A stretch of DNA of 43,576 bases from contig RECT01000212.1 in the NCBI GenBank assembly GCA_007693875.1, positions 1 to 43,576 of the forward strand, read 5' to 3'. Shown one piece after another: positions 10,547 through 21,500 of this stretch; position 1 is the first letter of the stretch, and the number at the start of each line of letters is the position of its first letter. The DNA comes from Spirulina sp. DLM2.Bin59 (GTDB lineage: Bacteria; Cyanobacteriota; Cyanobacteriia; Cyanobacteriales; Spirulinaceae). The notes under the pieces were generated by a model. It ran no database searches, was not told the origin of the DNA, and was given only the letters and a program-made list of their open reading frames with translations. The position numbers and the translations under genes are program-made.

Positions 10547-11893
10547 TTAAAACGTGAGCCGACAGATCACTAAGGAAGCAATAATCCCGGTGAGATCCGC
10601 CGCTAAAGCTGCCGGTAGCGTGTGGCGGGTGCGCATAATGCCGATGCTGCCGAAATACACCGCCATCACATAAAACGTCGTTTCCGTTGACCCCTGCATC
10701 GTGCTGACTAAATAGGATAAAAAACCATCGGGATCATTGTTGACAATCTCGGACATTACGCCAAAAGCCCCGCCGCCGGAAAGGGGGCGAATAAAGGCCA
10801 TGGGTAGGGCTTCGGCGGGCATCCCCACAAATTCGGTAATGGGAGAGAGCACCTGGGTTAATCCTTCTAATAAACCGCTGGCCCGCACCATGCCAATGGC
10901 CACGAAAATGGCCACCAAAAAGGGAATAATCCGCACCGCAATCTCAAACCCTTCTTTGGCCCCCTCGGTGACGGCTTCATAAACTTTCACCCCCCGCCAA
11001 TAGCCCAAGAGTAAGAGGGAGCAAATCACCATGGGCAGGAGCCAGTTGGAAATCCCGGCCATCAGATCCGTTGCGGCTAGGGCCGGGGTTCCCTGAACGG
11101 TGAGGCGGTAGGCGATCGCCCCCAAAAACAACACCGTTAACCCCCCAAAGATCACCTTGCCCCACAATCCAGGGGGATCAAGTTCCGGGGCTGGATTTTC
11201 CAGGGGGGATTCCTCCACCGGTTGATCGATGGCGAGGGTTTCCACCGGGGCCAAGGCAGGATCGGGACGGGAGAGGAGTTTGGCGGCGGCGATCGCCACT
11301 GTTGTCGAGCAAATCGTGGCAATAATCGAGGGCAAAATAATCGCTCCCGGTTGCGCCGCCCCCGCCGCCGCCCGCACCGTCATCGCACTAATGGGCAGAA
11401 TCGTCACCGAAGAGGTATTAATCGCCAAAAACAAACACATGGCATTGGTGGCCGTCCCCGGTGCGGTGTTGAGCTTATTTAACTCCGTCATCGCCTTTAA
11501 ACCAATGGGCGTGGCAGCATTCCCCAGCCCCAAGGCATTGGCCGCCATATTCATAATCATTGCAGACATGGCGGGATGTTCCGGCGGCACATCGGGGAAC
11601 AGCCGCAACATCACGGGCCGGATCAGCCGTGCCACCACCGCCATCAGCCCCGCCGCCTCCACCACACGAATAATCCCCAACCAGAGAGCCAACGCCCCAA
11701 TCAAACCGATGGCCAATGTCACCGCATTGGCCGCCGATTCAAACACCGCTTCCGTGAGTTCCGGCATCGTGCCCCGCGCCGCCGCCACGACGGTGGAAGC
11801 GAGGATCATAAACAGCCAAATGCCATTGAGGGGAGAATCTTGTTTCTTCACAACCTTAAATTGTTGAGGAACGGGTGGGGGATTAAAGTCCAT
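10547..11893 (-). CDS. Fused SpmA/SpmB-like nucleoside-recognition (Gate) membrane protein
   Basis: ANALGLGNAATPIGLKAM (SpmA-like); RPLSGGGA and GSTETTFYV (SpmB-like). Confidence 0.85.
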   Translation of the reverse strand: MDFNPPPVPQQFKVVKKQDSPLNGIWLFMILASTVVAAARGTMPELTEAVFESAANAVTLAIGLIGALALWLGIIRVVEAAGLMAVVARLIRPVMLRLFPDVPPEHPAMSAMIMNMAANALGLGNAATPIGLKAMTELNKLNTAPGTATNAMCLFLAINTSSVTILPISAMTVRAAAGAAQPGAIILPSIIATICSTTVAIAAAKLLSRPDPALAPVETLAIDQPVEESPLENPAPELDPPGLWGKVIFGGLTVLFLGAIAYRLTVQGTPALAATDLMAGISNWLLPMVICSLLLLGYWRGVKVYEAVTEGAKEGFEIAVRIIPFLVAIFVAIGMVRASGLLEGLTQVLSPITEFVGMPAEALPMAFIRPLSGGGAFGVMSEIVNNDPDGFLSYLVSTMQGSTETTFYVMAVYFGSIGIMRTRHTLPAALAADLTGIIASLVICRLTF

Positions 11894-11896
11894 CAG

Positions 11897-11934
11897 CCCC
11901 TCTCCCGACCTGGGAGAGGGGTTTGGGGTGAGGG
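11897..11934. repeat. CCCTCTCCC..GGGAGAGGG..GGGTGAGGG hairpin repeat
   Basis: 10-bp stem; relatives at 35625-35655 and 39454-39645. Confidence 0.8.
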
Positions 11935-11950
11935 TTCCCCAAGGAAACCG

Positions 11951-13573
11951 CTATTCCCACTCGATCGTGCCGGGGGGTTTCGAGGTGATATCATACACCA
12001 CCCGATTCACCCCCTCCACCTCATTGACAATGCGGTTAGAAATAATTTCCAACAATTCGTAGGGAACCCGCGACCAATCCGCCGTCATGCCGTCCTCACT
12101 GGAGACAAACCGCAAGACAATGGGATGGGCATAGGTGCGTTGATCCCCCATTACCCCCACACTGCGCAGGGGCAACAGCACCGCAAAAGCCTGCCAATAG
12201 TCGTGATAGACCCCCCGCTTACTGATCTCATCCCGGACAATAAAATCCGCATCCCGCAAAATATTCAACCGCTCGGCGGTGACTTCGCCAATGATCCGAA
12301 TCGCTAAACCGGGGCCGGGGAAAGGGTGACGGCGGACAATTTCCTCCGGCAGGCCAATGGCCCGCCCCACCTTGCGCACCTCATCCTTAAAGAGTTTCCG
12401 CAACGGCTCCACCAATTTAAACCGCAGTTTATCCGGCAGGCCGCCCACATTGTGATGACTTTTGATTTTCACCGCCACCCGTTCGCCGGTTTTCGGGTCA
12501 ACGTTGGTATCCGCCGATTCAATTACATCGGGGTAAAGCGTCCCCTGGGCAAGGTAATCAAAGGGGCCATGCTTGTGGGATTCTTCTTCAAAAACATGGA
12601 TAAATTCATGGCCAATGCGGCGGCGTTTTTCCTCTGGATCGGTGACACCTTCCAATTGTTTTAAGAAGCGATCGCGGGCATGGACATAGACCACATCAAT
12701 ATGAAACTGCTCTTTGAAGATCTTCACCAACCGCTCCGGCTCACCTTTGCGCATGAAGCCTTGGTCAATGAACATACAGGTGAGTTGATCACCAATGGCT
12801 TCATGGAGCAGGAAAGCTAAGGTGGAAGAATCCACGCCCCCCGAAAGGGCCAGCAACACCCGTTTATCCCCCACCTGGGCGCGAACCTCCCGGATCGCCT
12901 CTCCCACAAAGGCTTCCGTTGTCCAAGTGGGTTGGCAATCGCAAATGTGATAGACAAAGTTGCGAATCAGGGCGATGCCATCGACGGAATGAACGACTTC
13001 CGGGTGAAATTGCACGCCGTAGAGGTGGCGGCTGTGGTGGGCGATCGCCGCGCAGGGGGTGTTATCGGTATGGGCTAAAACTTCAAACCCCTCAGGTAAG
13101 GCGGTGCAGGAATCCCCGTGGCTCATCCACATCGTCGAACCCGGTTCCACATTGGTGAGCAGATCCGTGGGGTCATCAATCATCAGGGCCGCCTTGCCGT
13201 ATTCCGCCTGCTTGGCCCGCTCCACCTGTCCCCCCAACTGCTGCACCATCAGTTGCATCCCATAGCACACCCCTAAAACGGGAATGCCTAGATCCCAAAT
13301 TTCCCCATCACATTGGGGGGCATGGCCGTCATACACGGAATTGGGGCCGCCGGAGAGGATAATCCCCTTGGGGTTCAGTTTGCGGAGTTGTGCGGCGGTG
13401 GTGCGGTAGGGTAAGACTTCGGAATAGACTTGGGTTTCACGAATGCGTCGGGCGATCAGTTCTGAATACTGGGAACCAAAGTCCAGAATTGCAATCATCT
13501 GACGATTAATCGGAGTTGAATCTGCGTCAGTTTGCGGGTCTACAAGGAGGGATGGGGTAGATTGGGTTGCCAT
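11951..13573 (-). CDS. guaA: GMP synthase (glutamine-hydrolysing)
   Basis: [38 protein letters not shown]. Confidence 0.98.
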   Translation of the reverse strand: MATQSTPSLLVDPQTDADSTPINRQMIAILDFGSQYSELIARRIRETQVYSEVLPYRTTAAQLRKLNPKGIILSGGPNSVYDGHAPQCDGEIWDLGIPVLGVCYGMQLMVQQLGGQVERAKQAEYGKAALMIDDPTDLLTNVEPGSTMWMSHGDSCTALPEGFEVLAHTDNTPCAAIAHHSRHLYGVQFHPEVVHSVDGIALIRNFVYHICDCQPTWTTEAFVGEAIREVRAQVGDKRVLLALSGGVDSSTLAFLLHEAIGDQLTCMFIDQGFMRKGEPERLVKIFKEQFHIDVVYVHARDRFLKQLEGVTDPEEKRRRIGHEFIHVFEEESHKHGPFDYLAQGTLYPDVIESADTNVDPKTGERVAVKIKSHHNVGGLPDKLRFKLVEPLRKLFKDEVRKVGRAIGLPEEIVRRHPFPGPGLAIRIIGEVTAERLNILRDADFIVRDEISKRGVYHDYWQAFAVLLPLRSVGVMGDQRTYAHPIVLRFVSSEDGMTADWSRVPYELLEIISNRIVNEVEGVNRVVYDITSKPPGTIEWE

Positions 13574-13710
13574 ATTGAGCGTTAGCGTTAATGAAGAAAA
13601 ACCATAGTTTGCAGATTGTCTAAAGCCAAAGAACAGAGTTTTAAATCAGCATCAATTGCAGGAATTTGCTCATAAAAAGTCAATAATTAATATTATTTAT
13701 TTATACAATA

Positions 13711-14805
13711 CTAGCATAATTCGCGGAGAATCTCTGCCCCTGTTGTACTTTGGCTGAAGGGGTGGCGATCGCCATCAAACAACACCGAACCGATCCGGGG
13801 GGCCTGGTAGCCTTGCTTCTCCACATAGGCGCGGCTCCGCTGATCAATCCCCGCCACCACCAGCCCATAGACCGCATCCACAGCCGCCGGCCCCGCCTGG
13901 CGCAACCGTTGCAGGCCCGCCTCCGCCGTGGCACTTTCCACAATCTCCCGCAAAATATCCCCCCCTAACCCCGCCCGCACCCCGTAGGCGGAGAGGATTT
14001 CCAGCCGCCCATCGGCCAAATGGTGATGGGTGTGGAAAATGCCCCCCGCCAGTTTAATCAGCTTGCCGTGGTAGCCAAAGAGGAGGAGGGATTCTACCCC
14101 TAAGGCCGCCGCCGCAACCAGCATCGGCCCTAACCAATTGGCGGTTTTCACCAGTTGAGCGGGATTGATCCCCAGGGTTCGCGCCAAATCTAAACCATTT
14201 TCCCCCAGGCAGAATACAAGGGTTTTAAATTCTGCGGCCTGTTGGGCGAGGGTTTCTTGATATTCGGCCAGTTGGGCCGGTGCGCTTAGGGGTTGGCTGA
14301 TCCCCGTTGTGCCGAGCAGGGATAATCCTTCAATCACACCAAAGGCGGCGTTAGCGGTGCGGGTAGCCAGTTGCCGGCCAGCGGGGAGGATGATCTCGAC
14401 GGTGATCCGCTCACCGGGTTGTAGATGGTTGAGGAGGTTGGTGGTGATCACCTCGCGGGCGTAGGCATAGATGGCGGCGCTTTGGTCGGCCTGTTTGCCG
14501 ATGCCTTCCCCCCCGATGAGGGTGATCGGTGCTGAGGCAGTGGGGCTGAATCGTACCACGGCCCAAATGGGCGTATTCCGGGTGAGATCGAGGTTATCCC
14601 CCGGATCGCTGCGGGTAATGGCCACCACGCTCCCATCCCCCAAGGGGGCCATCTGTTCGATGGGGATTTCCACCGATTCAGGGGGGTGAATTAAATTAAG
14701 GGGGATCCGTTCGTAACTTTCCCCCTGTTGTAATCCCCGCAGGGCCGCCACCGCCGCCGCCGCCGCAAAGACGGGCAAGGTATAACCAGAACGAGCCGTT
14801 TCCAT
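13711..14805 (-). CDS. cbiD: Cobalt-precorrin-5B C1-methyltransferase
   Basis: ARSGYTLPVFA, SDPGDNLDLT, GLSLLGTTG, GYHGKLIKLAGGIFHTH. Confidence 0.95.
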   Translation of the reverse strand: METARSGYTLPVFAAAAAVAALRGLQQGESYERIPLNLIHPPESVEIPIEQMAPLGDGSVVAITRSDPGDNLDLTRNTPIWAVVRFSPTASAPITLIGGEGIGKQADQSAAIYAYAREVITTNLLNHLQPGERITVEIILPAGRQLATRTANAAFGVIEGLSLLGTTGISQPLSAPAQLAEYQETLAQQAAEFKTLVFCLGENGLDLARTLGINPAQLVKTANWLGPMLVAAAALGVESLLLFGYHGKLIKLAGGIFHTHHHLADGRLEILSAYGVRAGLGGDILREIVESATAEAGLQRLRQAGPAAVDAVYGLVVAGIDQRSRAYVEKQGYQAPRIGSVLFDGDRHPFSQSTTGAEILRELC

Positions 14806-14905
14806 CGCAGATTGAGAGTTTTTGCCATTTTCCCACCTTTCCCCCTCCCCCTTGTGGCGATAATGGAAAAGAATTCAGCTTTTTCGGCGATCGCCCCCCA
14901 TCCCT

Positions 14906-15763
14906 ATGCGCAACAGTCCCCCCGCCATCCAATGGTATCCCGGCCACATCGCCAAGGCAGAACGCCAACTCAAGGAGCAACTCAAGCATGTTGATGTGGT
15001 GTTTGAAGTCCTCGATGCCCGGATTCCCCTCGCTTCCCAGCATCCCGATGTCCCCCAGTGGATCGGGGAAAAACCCCGTTTACTGTTGCTCAATCGGGTG
15101 GACATGATCCCCCCCGAATTAAAACAGGCCTGGGAAACTTGGTTTCAAAACCAGGGGGAAACGGTGTATTGGACCAGTGCCAAGGCGGGGATTGGGGTGC
15201 GGCCGGTGATTAAGGCGGCTCAGGAGGTGGGGGTGGCGGTGAATGCGAAGCGGCACAGTCGAGGGATGCGATCGCGCCCCGTGCGGGCGGTGGTGATGGG
15301 GTTTCCCAATGTGGGGAAATCGGCGTTAATTAACCGGATGGTGAATCGTAAGGTGGTGAAAAGTGCGCGGAAAGCGGGGGTGACGCGACAATTGCAATGG
15401 GTGCGCCTTTCTGATCAAATTCAACTCCTCGATGCACCGGGGGTGATTCCTTGGCGGTTGGACAGTCAGGAGGATGCGGTGAAGTTGGCGATCTGTGAGG
15501 ATATTGGTGAGGCGGCCTATGAGAATGAGAAGGTGGCGGAGCGGTTGATTGATCTGTTGCAGGCTTTGGATTTGGCGGGGATTTTAGGCGATCGCTACCA
15601 TGTCCCCCTTCAGGAGGAGGAAAATGGCGAGGGTTATCTACACCGCTTGGCGGGCGATCGCTACCAAGGGGATACGGAAAAAGTGGCGGTGATGCTCCTC
15701 AACGATTTCCGTCGGGGCGATCTTGGCCCCATCCCCCTTGAACTCCCCGATCGCTTCATCTGA
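14906..15763 (+). CDS. ylqF: Ribosome biogenesis GTPase YlqF/RbgA
   Basis: IQWYPGH, DARIP, GFPNVGKS, DAPG (circularly permuted GTPase). Confidence 0.95.
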   Translation: MRNSPPAIQWYPGHIAKAERQLKEQLKHVDVVFEVLDARIPLASQHPDVPQWIGEKPRLLLLNRVDMIPPELKQAWETWFQNQGETVYWTSAKAGIGVRPVIKAAQEVGVAVNAKRHSRGMRSRPVRAVVMGFPNVGKSALINRMVNRKVVKSARKAGVTRQLQWVRLSDQIQLLDAPGVIPWRLDSQEDAVKLAICEDIGEAAYENEKVAERLIDLLQALDLAGILGDRYHVPLQEEENGEGYLHRLAGDRYQGDTEKVAVMLLNDFRRGDLGPIPLELPDRFI

Positions 15764-15785
15764 TCTGCAATCCGCCGGACTGGGG

Positions 15786-15834
15786 AGGGCGAAAAATTTT
15801 TGTGCCTCCGGCAGGCTTACGCCAAGGCCCCTAC
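15786..15834. repeat. REP-like palindrome carrying a 24-bp insert (copy 1)
   Basis: AGGGCGAAAAATTTTT + GTGCCTCCGGCAGGCTTACGCCAA + GGCCCCTAC; nearly identical to 23003-23052. Confidence 0.8.
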
Positions 15835-15868
15835 GTCCATCCATCCTATAACCAGATGCTCGATCACT

Positions 15869-16447
15869 ATGCTCACACCGCTTATCCTCACCAACCCCAC
15901 CACCACACCGATCACCGACGAGCAGTTTTATCAACTCAGTTTGGCGAATCGGGATCTAAAACTGGAACGCACTGCCCAAGGAGATTTACTGATTATGCCG
16001 CCGACGGGGGGAATGACTGGGAAACGCAATTCTGATCTGAATTTAGAGTTGGGGTTATGGAATCGGGCCACCCAGTTGGGGATTGTGTTGGACTCTTCCA
16101 CCGGCTTTCATCTCCCCAATGGGGCGTATTTTTCCCCAGATGCGGCCTGGGTTTCCTTGGGGCGATGGGAATCGCTCACATTAGAGCAGCAGGAAAAGTT
16201 TTTGCCCTTGGCTCCGGATTTTGTCATTGAACTGCGTTCCAAGAGCGATCGCTTCCCCCAACTTCAAGCCAAAATGCAGGAATACATCAACAATGGCACG
16301 CGCCTAGCTTGGCTCCTCAATCCTCAAAACCGGGATGTGGAAATTTACCGCCCCAACCAAACCCCGGAATTACTCATCAACCCTGCCCAATTGTTGGGGG
16401 AGGAGGTGTTACCGGGATTTGTTTTAGATTTGGCGTTAATTTGGTGA
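15869..16447 (+). CDS. Uma2 family PD-(D/E)xK endonuclease-like protein
   Basis: DSSTGFHLPNGA..SPDAAWV, APDFVIELRS, KMQEYI; ATG 15869 preferred because the upstream extension is a repeat. Confidence 0.92.
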   Translation: MLTPLILTNPTTTPITDEQFYQLSLANRDLKLERTAQGDLLIMPPTGGMTGKRNSDLNLELGLWNRATQLGIVLDSSTGFHLPNGAYFSPDAAWVSLGRWESLTLEQQEKFLPLAPDFVIELRSKSDRFPQLQAKMQEYINNGTRLAWLLNPQNRDVEIYRPNQTPELLINPAQLLGEEVLPGFVLDLALIW

Positions 16448-16570
16448 TTGAGCTGCTCTATCTGCCCTCGTCATGGCATTTGGGAGGCTCTGCCTCCCGA
16501 TGGCGAGCCGCCGAAAGCCTATGCTCAAGCAGAGCCAGAGCACAAGGTTAGAGCGTATGGGGTTAACGAT

Positions 16571-17947
16571 CTAGGATAACCACTTGAGCCATTTCAACTT
16601 GTCTTTATAAGGGGGATAGCGCAGATCCAGATCCAGCCAAAACTTGCGCTTTAAGACACTCTTGCGGTGGGAAAACGTGTCAAAAGTAAACTTGCCATGG
16701 TAAGCCCCCATGCCACTTTCCCCTACGCCCCCAAAGGGCATCGACGGCGCACCCAAATGCATAATCGTGTCGTTAATACAGACCCCGCCGCTACTGGTTT
16801 GGCTGAGGACTTGATTTTGCAACTCTTTATCATTGCTGAAGAGGTAGAGGGCCAAGGGCTTGGGCCGGGCATTGATGGCGGCGATCGCCTCATCCATCCC
16901 CTCATAGGTCAAAATCGGCAAAACTGGCCCAAAAATCTCATCCGCCATTACCGGATCATCCCAACCGACACCATCGAGGACAGTGGGGGCGAGGTACCGT
17001 TGGCAGTCATCCCCCTCGCCCCCCATCGCCACCTGAGCCGGATCGATTAAATCCCTCAACCGTTGCCAATGGTGCTCACTGATAATCCGGCCATAATCGG
17101 GGCTATCGGCGGGATTTTCCCCGTAAAATTCCCGAATCCAATGGCGCAACTGCCCCAACAGCGGCGCTTTCAATGCCGGGGGAACCAAAACATAATCCGG
17201 CGCAATACAGGTCTGGCCCGCATTGATAAACTTCCCCCAGGCGATGCGCCGCGCCGTTAATTCCAAAGGGGCATCGGGGGCCACAATGCAGGGGCTTTTC
17301 CCCCCCAATTCCAGCGTGACCGGTGTTAAATGGGGGGCCGCCGCCGCCATAATCAGCCGGCCGATGGCTGTGCCGCCCGTGAAAAAAATATGATCAAAGC
17401 GATTTTTGAGCAGGTCTTGGGTGATAGTTTTGTCTCCTTCCACGACGGTGATATATGCCGGGGGAAAGGTTTGGGCGATGAGATCGGCAATCACCCGCGC
17501 CGTGTGGGGGGAGAGTTCCGAGGGCTTGAGGATCATGCAGTTACCGGCGGCGATCGCCCCAATCAACGGCCCCATCGCCAACTGAAAGGGATAATTCCAG
17601 GGGCTAATATTCAACACCACCCCCAAGGGTTCTGCCCAAATTTCCCCCTGGGCAGGGAACTGGACAATACTCGTCGCTGCCCGTTGGGGAGCCATCCAGC
17701 CCTTGAGATGCTTGAGGGTATATTTAATCTCGCTCAAGGCTCCGCTGATTTCTGTCAGGGCCGCTTCAAACTCGGATTTGCCCAAATCCGCTGCTAAGGC
17801 CCGTTTAATCTCGGGTTGCGCCCCCTGAATGGCAGTGGCCAGGGCCTGGAGTTGTTGGCGACGAAATCCGTAGGGACGGGTCTGGCCGGTTTGAAAATAG
17901 TCCCGCTGGGCTTGAACCAGGGCAGCAGTGGTTTGGGTGGCGAGCAT
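16571..17947 (-). CDS. Aldehyde dehydrogenase (ALDH3-like)
   Basis: PWNYP, FTGG, LELGGKSP, NAGQTC, EIFGP. Confidence 0.95.
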   Translation of the reverse strand: MLATQTTAALVQAQRDYFQTGQTRPYGFRRQQLQALATAIQGAQPEIKRALAADLGKSEFEAALTEISGALSEIKYTLKHLKGWMAPQRAATSIVQFPAQGEIWAEPLGVVLNISPWNYPFQLAMGPLIGAIAAGNCMILKPSELSPHTARVIADLIAQTFPPAYITVVEGDKTITQDLLKNRFDHIFFTGGTAIGRLIMAAAAPHLTPVTLELGGKSPCIVAPDAPLELTARRIAWGKFINAGQTCIAPDYVLVPPALKAPLLGQLRHWIREFYGENPADSPDYGRIISEHHWQRLRDLIDPAQVAMGGEGDDCQRYLAPTVLDGVGWDDPVMADEIFGPVLPILTYEGMDEAIAAINARPKPLALYLFSNDKELQNQVLSQTSSGGVCINDTIMHLGAPSMPFGGVGESGMGAYHGKFTFDTFSHRKSVLKRKFWLDLDLRYPPYKDKLKWLKWLS

Positions 17948-18535
17948 GATGGTTTTGCTGAATCCTCAGAGAAAAAATGATGATTGGCGCTATGGCGATC
18001 CTAGATCAATCGGTCAACCCCCACCCCCCAGGCGGTATACAGCCCTTTCACCCGTTGGCCAAAAAGATCTATTCCTGCGAGGGGTTTAGGGTGTAGACGC
18101 GCAGCGGCTTCTGTTTGAGTGGGTATGGCAATGAATCAACAAGCCGGATCGGGATTGCTCTCGGTTTGCGCAATCTACACAATAGTTTATCAAACGAAAC
18201 ACTTTGCAAGGTAACGATAGGAAAGTGTCAGATTCCTTAGTATTTCCCCTAGAATGAGGTCAAAGGGTGCTCGAGAATACACCCAGAACTTGGATAATAT
18301 GATTAACTCCTGCCCAGTGTTTGCGCCCTCAACTGAATATATCCTTTCAGTGGCAAAAGGCTGGATATTGAGTCTAATCACCAGCGTGATTGCGGTAGGG
18401 CTTTTCTGCTCGGGGGAAAGGTCTTATCAGTATTTTGCGCCGTTTTTCCTGATCCCCACAGTCTTATTTTTCATCAAGGTATTTAGGTTGCACTGGCAAC
18501 CCTTACCCGGTCAGCGGTCTCCTTACCTTGCTGCT

Positions 18536-21500
18536 ATGGCTAAGGACATAACCCCCCGGAGTACCACGGCGGCAACGGTCTATCTCCAAGCAATTCCCGA
18601 TCTGCTTCTCCGTTGTCGTGCCGATGGCACTTTGATTGACTACTACCCCACTATGGGGCTGTTAACCAACATCCTGCCGGAGGATTCTGTGGGTCAGAAT
18701 CTGACGCAGATCTTGCCGCCGGATGTGGGGGGTAATTTCCTTGAGGCGATCGCCACTGCCCTTCGGAACCAACAGACCCAAACCCTCATCTACCGACTCT
18801 CCCATGGGGGCCGCCTCCATGACTACGAAGCCCGGATCACTGCCTATAGCAGCTCAGAGGTTTTAGTGATTATTCGGGATATCTCCAGCCAACAGGCCCA
18901 TTTGCGCGATCGCGCCCAAACCCAGAGCCAACTCCATCAGCGGCTGCGTCAACAGGCGATCGTTGCCAAACTGGGGCAAAAAGCCCTCGCCAATCAAAAC
19001 CTTGATCTGCTCATGCAGCAGGCCATCCGTTTAGTGGCCCGCACCTTGGATGTGAAGTTTGGCTATGTTCTGGAGTTGCTCCCCAATGGTCAAGCCTTCT
19101 TGCTTCGTTCCGGCACAGGTTGGGATCGCAATTTGGTGGGTCATGCCGTCTTCAGTGCCGGGAAAAAGTCCCATGCTGGCTATACCTTGGCCATGAATCA
19201 ACCGGTGATTGTCACCAACCTCCCCGCCGAAACCCGCTTTGGTGGTACGCCTTTGCTCCATAACCACAAGATTGTTGCTGGCGTCAATGTGTTAATTGCG
19301 GGCAAAACCGATGGGGATCCCTTTGGGGTTTTAGGTGTACATACCCAAAGCCATCGCTCCTTTACGGAGCATGATATTCACTTTTTACAAGCCGTCGCCC
19401 ATGTGTTGGCCACCGCCATTGCCCGCCAACAGGCCGATGAACAGTTAAAACTGCTAGAAAGGGCGATCGCCGCCAGCCACAACGGCGTAGTTCTCACCGA
19501 TGCCACCCAACCTGATAACCCAGTGATCTATGTCAATCCTGCCTTTGAGGCGATCACCGGTTACACCGCAGCGGAAATTATTGGCCGGAACTGCCGCATT
19601 TTGCAGGGGCATGAAACCCAGCCCCAAGCCCTCGCCACGATCCGGGCCGCCATGGCGGAAGTCCGGGAATGCCATGTAACGCTGCGGAATTATCGCAAAG
19701 ACCGTACTCCCTTTTGGAGTCAACTCTTCATTGCGCCAGTATTCAATGATCAAGGGCAACTCACCAACTTTGTCGGGGTGCAACATGACATCACCCAACG
19801 GTATCAAACAGAACTGGCCCTGCAAACCAGTGAGGCCCAATACCGTCGCATTGTCGAAACAGCAGCGGAAGGGATTTGGATGCTAGATGACCAAAACCGG
19901 ACGAACTTTGTCAATGCTCAAATGGCAGAAATGCTCGGTTACACGCCGGAGGAGATGCGGGGTAAATCCCTCTTTGACTTTATCGATCCGGTGACTCGGC
20001 CCCTCGTGGAGGAAAAACTAGCCAAGCGGCGGCGTGGGGAAGAAGAGCGCCATGATTTTTGTTTCCGGCGACGGAATGGCCAAACCCTCTGGGCTTTGAT
20101 TTCCACTAGCCCCTTGTTCAATGAAGCGGGGGAATATTTAGGGGCTTTGGGGATGCTGACGGATATCACCGATCGCAAACAGGCGGAGGCCCAACTGGAG
20201 CATTTTGCTTTCTACGATGCCCTCACGGATCTACCCAACCGTGCTTACTTCTTCGATCGCCTTCAGGAGTCCATCAACAGTTACCAGAGCAACGTGATGA
20301 ATCCCTTCGCGGTGCTTTTCCTCGATCTGGACGGCTTTAAGACCGTCAATGACGGTTTGGGCCATACCGTCGGGGATCATCTCTTGATGGCCATTGCCCA
20401 GCGTTTACGGAGTTGTTTAGCCCCAGATCAACTGTTAGCCCGGTTGGGAGGGGATGAATTTACGGTTTTGATTCCCCATGTGCGGGAGGAACGGGAGGCG
20501 ATCGCCATTGCCCAACGGATTCACGATGCCTTTTTACGGCCCTTCACCATTGACCAACACACGATTTTTTCTAACGTCAGTATTGGCATTGCCTGCGCCC
20601 ATCCCAACTACCACCATCCTGAGGAGCTGTTGCGGGATGCTGATACTGCCATGTATCAGGCCAAGGCTGACGGCAAAGGCCATTATGCCGTCTTTAACTA
20701 TGCCATGCACAGTTCCGCCTTGGAGCGACTGCAACTGGAAACCAATCTACGCTGGGCCATTGAGCACAGTCAGTTCCAACTTTACTATCAACCGATTATC
20801 CATCTCGCCACGGGAAAACTCTCCGGCTTTGAGGCTCTGATCCGCTGGCATCACCCGGAAAAAGGCTGGATTTCCCCCAGTCAGTTCATTCCCGTTGCTG
20901 AGGAAACCCGCCTCATCCTCGATATTGGCGCTTGGGTGATTGCTGAAGCTTGTCACCAACTGCAAGCTTGGCAGCAGCAATGGGGGCCTGATCTGCAACT
21001 GACGATGAATATCAATCTTTCCGCCAAGCAATTTGCCCAACCGGAATTACTGACGCAAATTGATGCGATGTTGCACCGCACCCATATCGATCCCCACGCT
21101 CTCAAGTTTGAAATTACGGAAAGTGCGATTATGGGCCATGCCCAAGCGGCCCAAGAAACGCTGCAAGCCTTGAAATCACGGGGCATTCAATTGAGTATTG
21201 ATGATTTTGGCACCGGGTATTCTTCCCTCAGTTATCTCCACCATTTCCCTGTGGATACGCTCAAAATTGACCGATCATTCCTGAAGTCGATGCAAATTCA
21301 GGGGGGAGAAGCGGAGATTATTAAAACCATTATTGCCCTCGCCCATAATTTGGGGATGAATGTTGTGGCGGAGGGGGTAGAGACGGCGGCCCAAATTCAC
21401 TACCTGAGAGCGTTGGGCTGTGAATTTGGCCAGGGCTACTTTTTCGCCCGCCCCCTCCCCGCTGCTGTTGCCACGGTGTTGGCGCAATCTCTCAACCTGG

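Noticed and set aside
11229-12307. Long plus-strand ORFs of 212 and 243 aa
   Set aside because: Antisense to spmAB-like and guaA; no recognisable motifs
15869-16447. Uma2 as a defence nuclease or repeat mobiliser
   Set aside because: Very common multicopy family in cyanobacteria; no partner genes here
16482-16498. GGGAGGC-TCT-GCCTCCC hairpin between convergent genes
   Set aside because: No U-tract; likely a decayed repeat with a single copy in the window
18035-18130. Possible decayed MITE or small repeat (GTAGACGCGCAGCGGCTTC)
   Set aside because: No matching ends or second copy in the window
18254-18535. Hydrophobic N-terminal extension of the LOV protein
   Set aside because: AT-rich and promoter-like; cannot be supported as coding without homologue alignment
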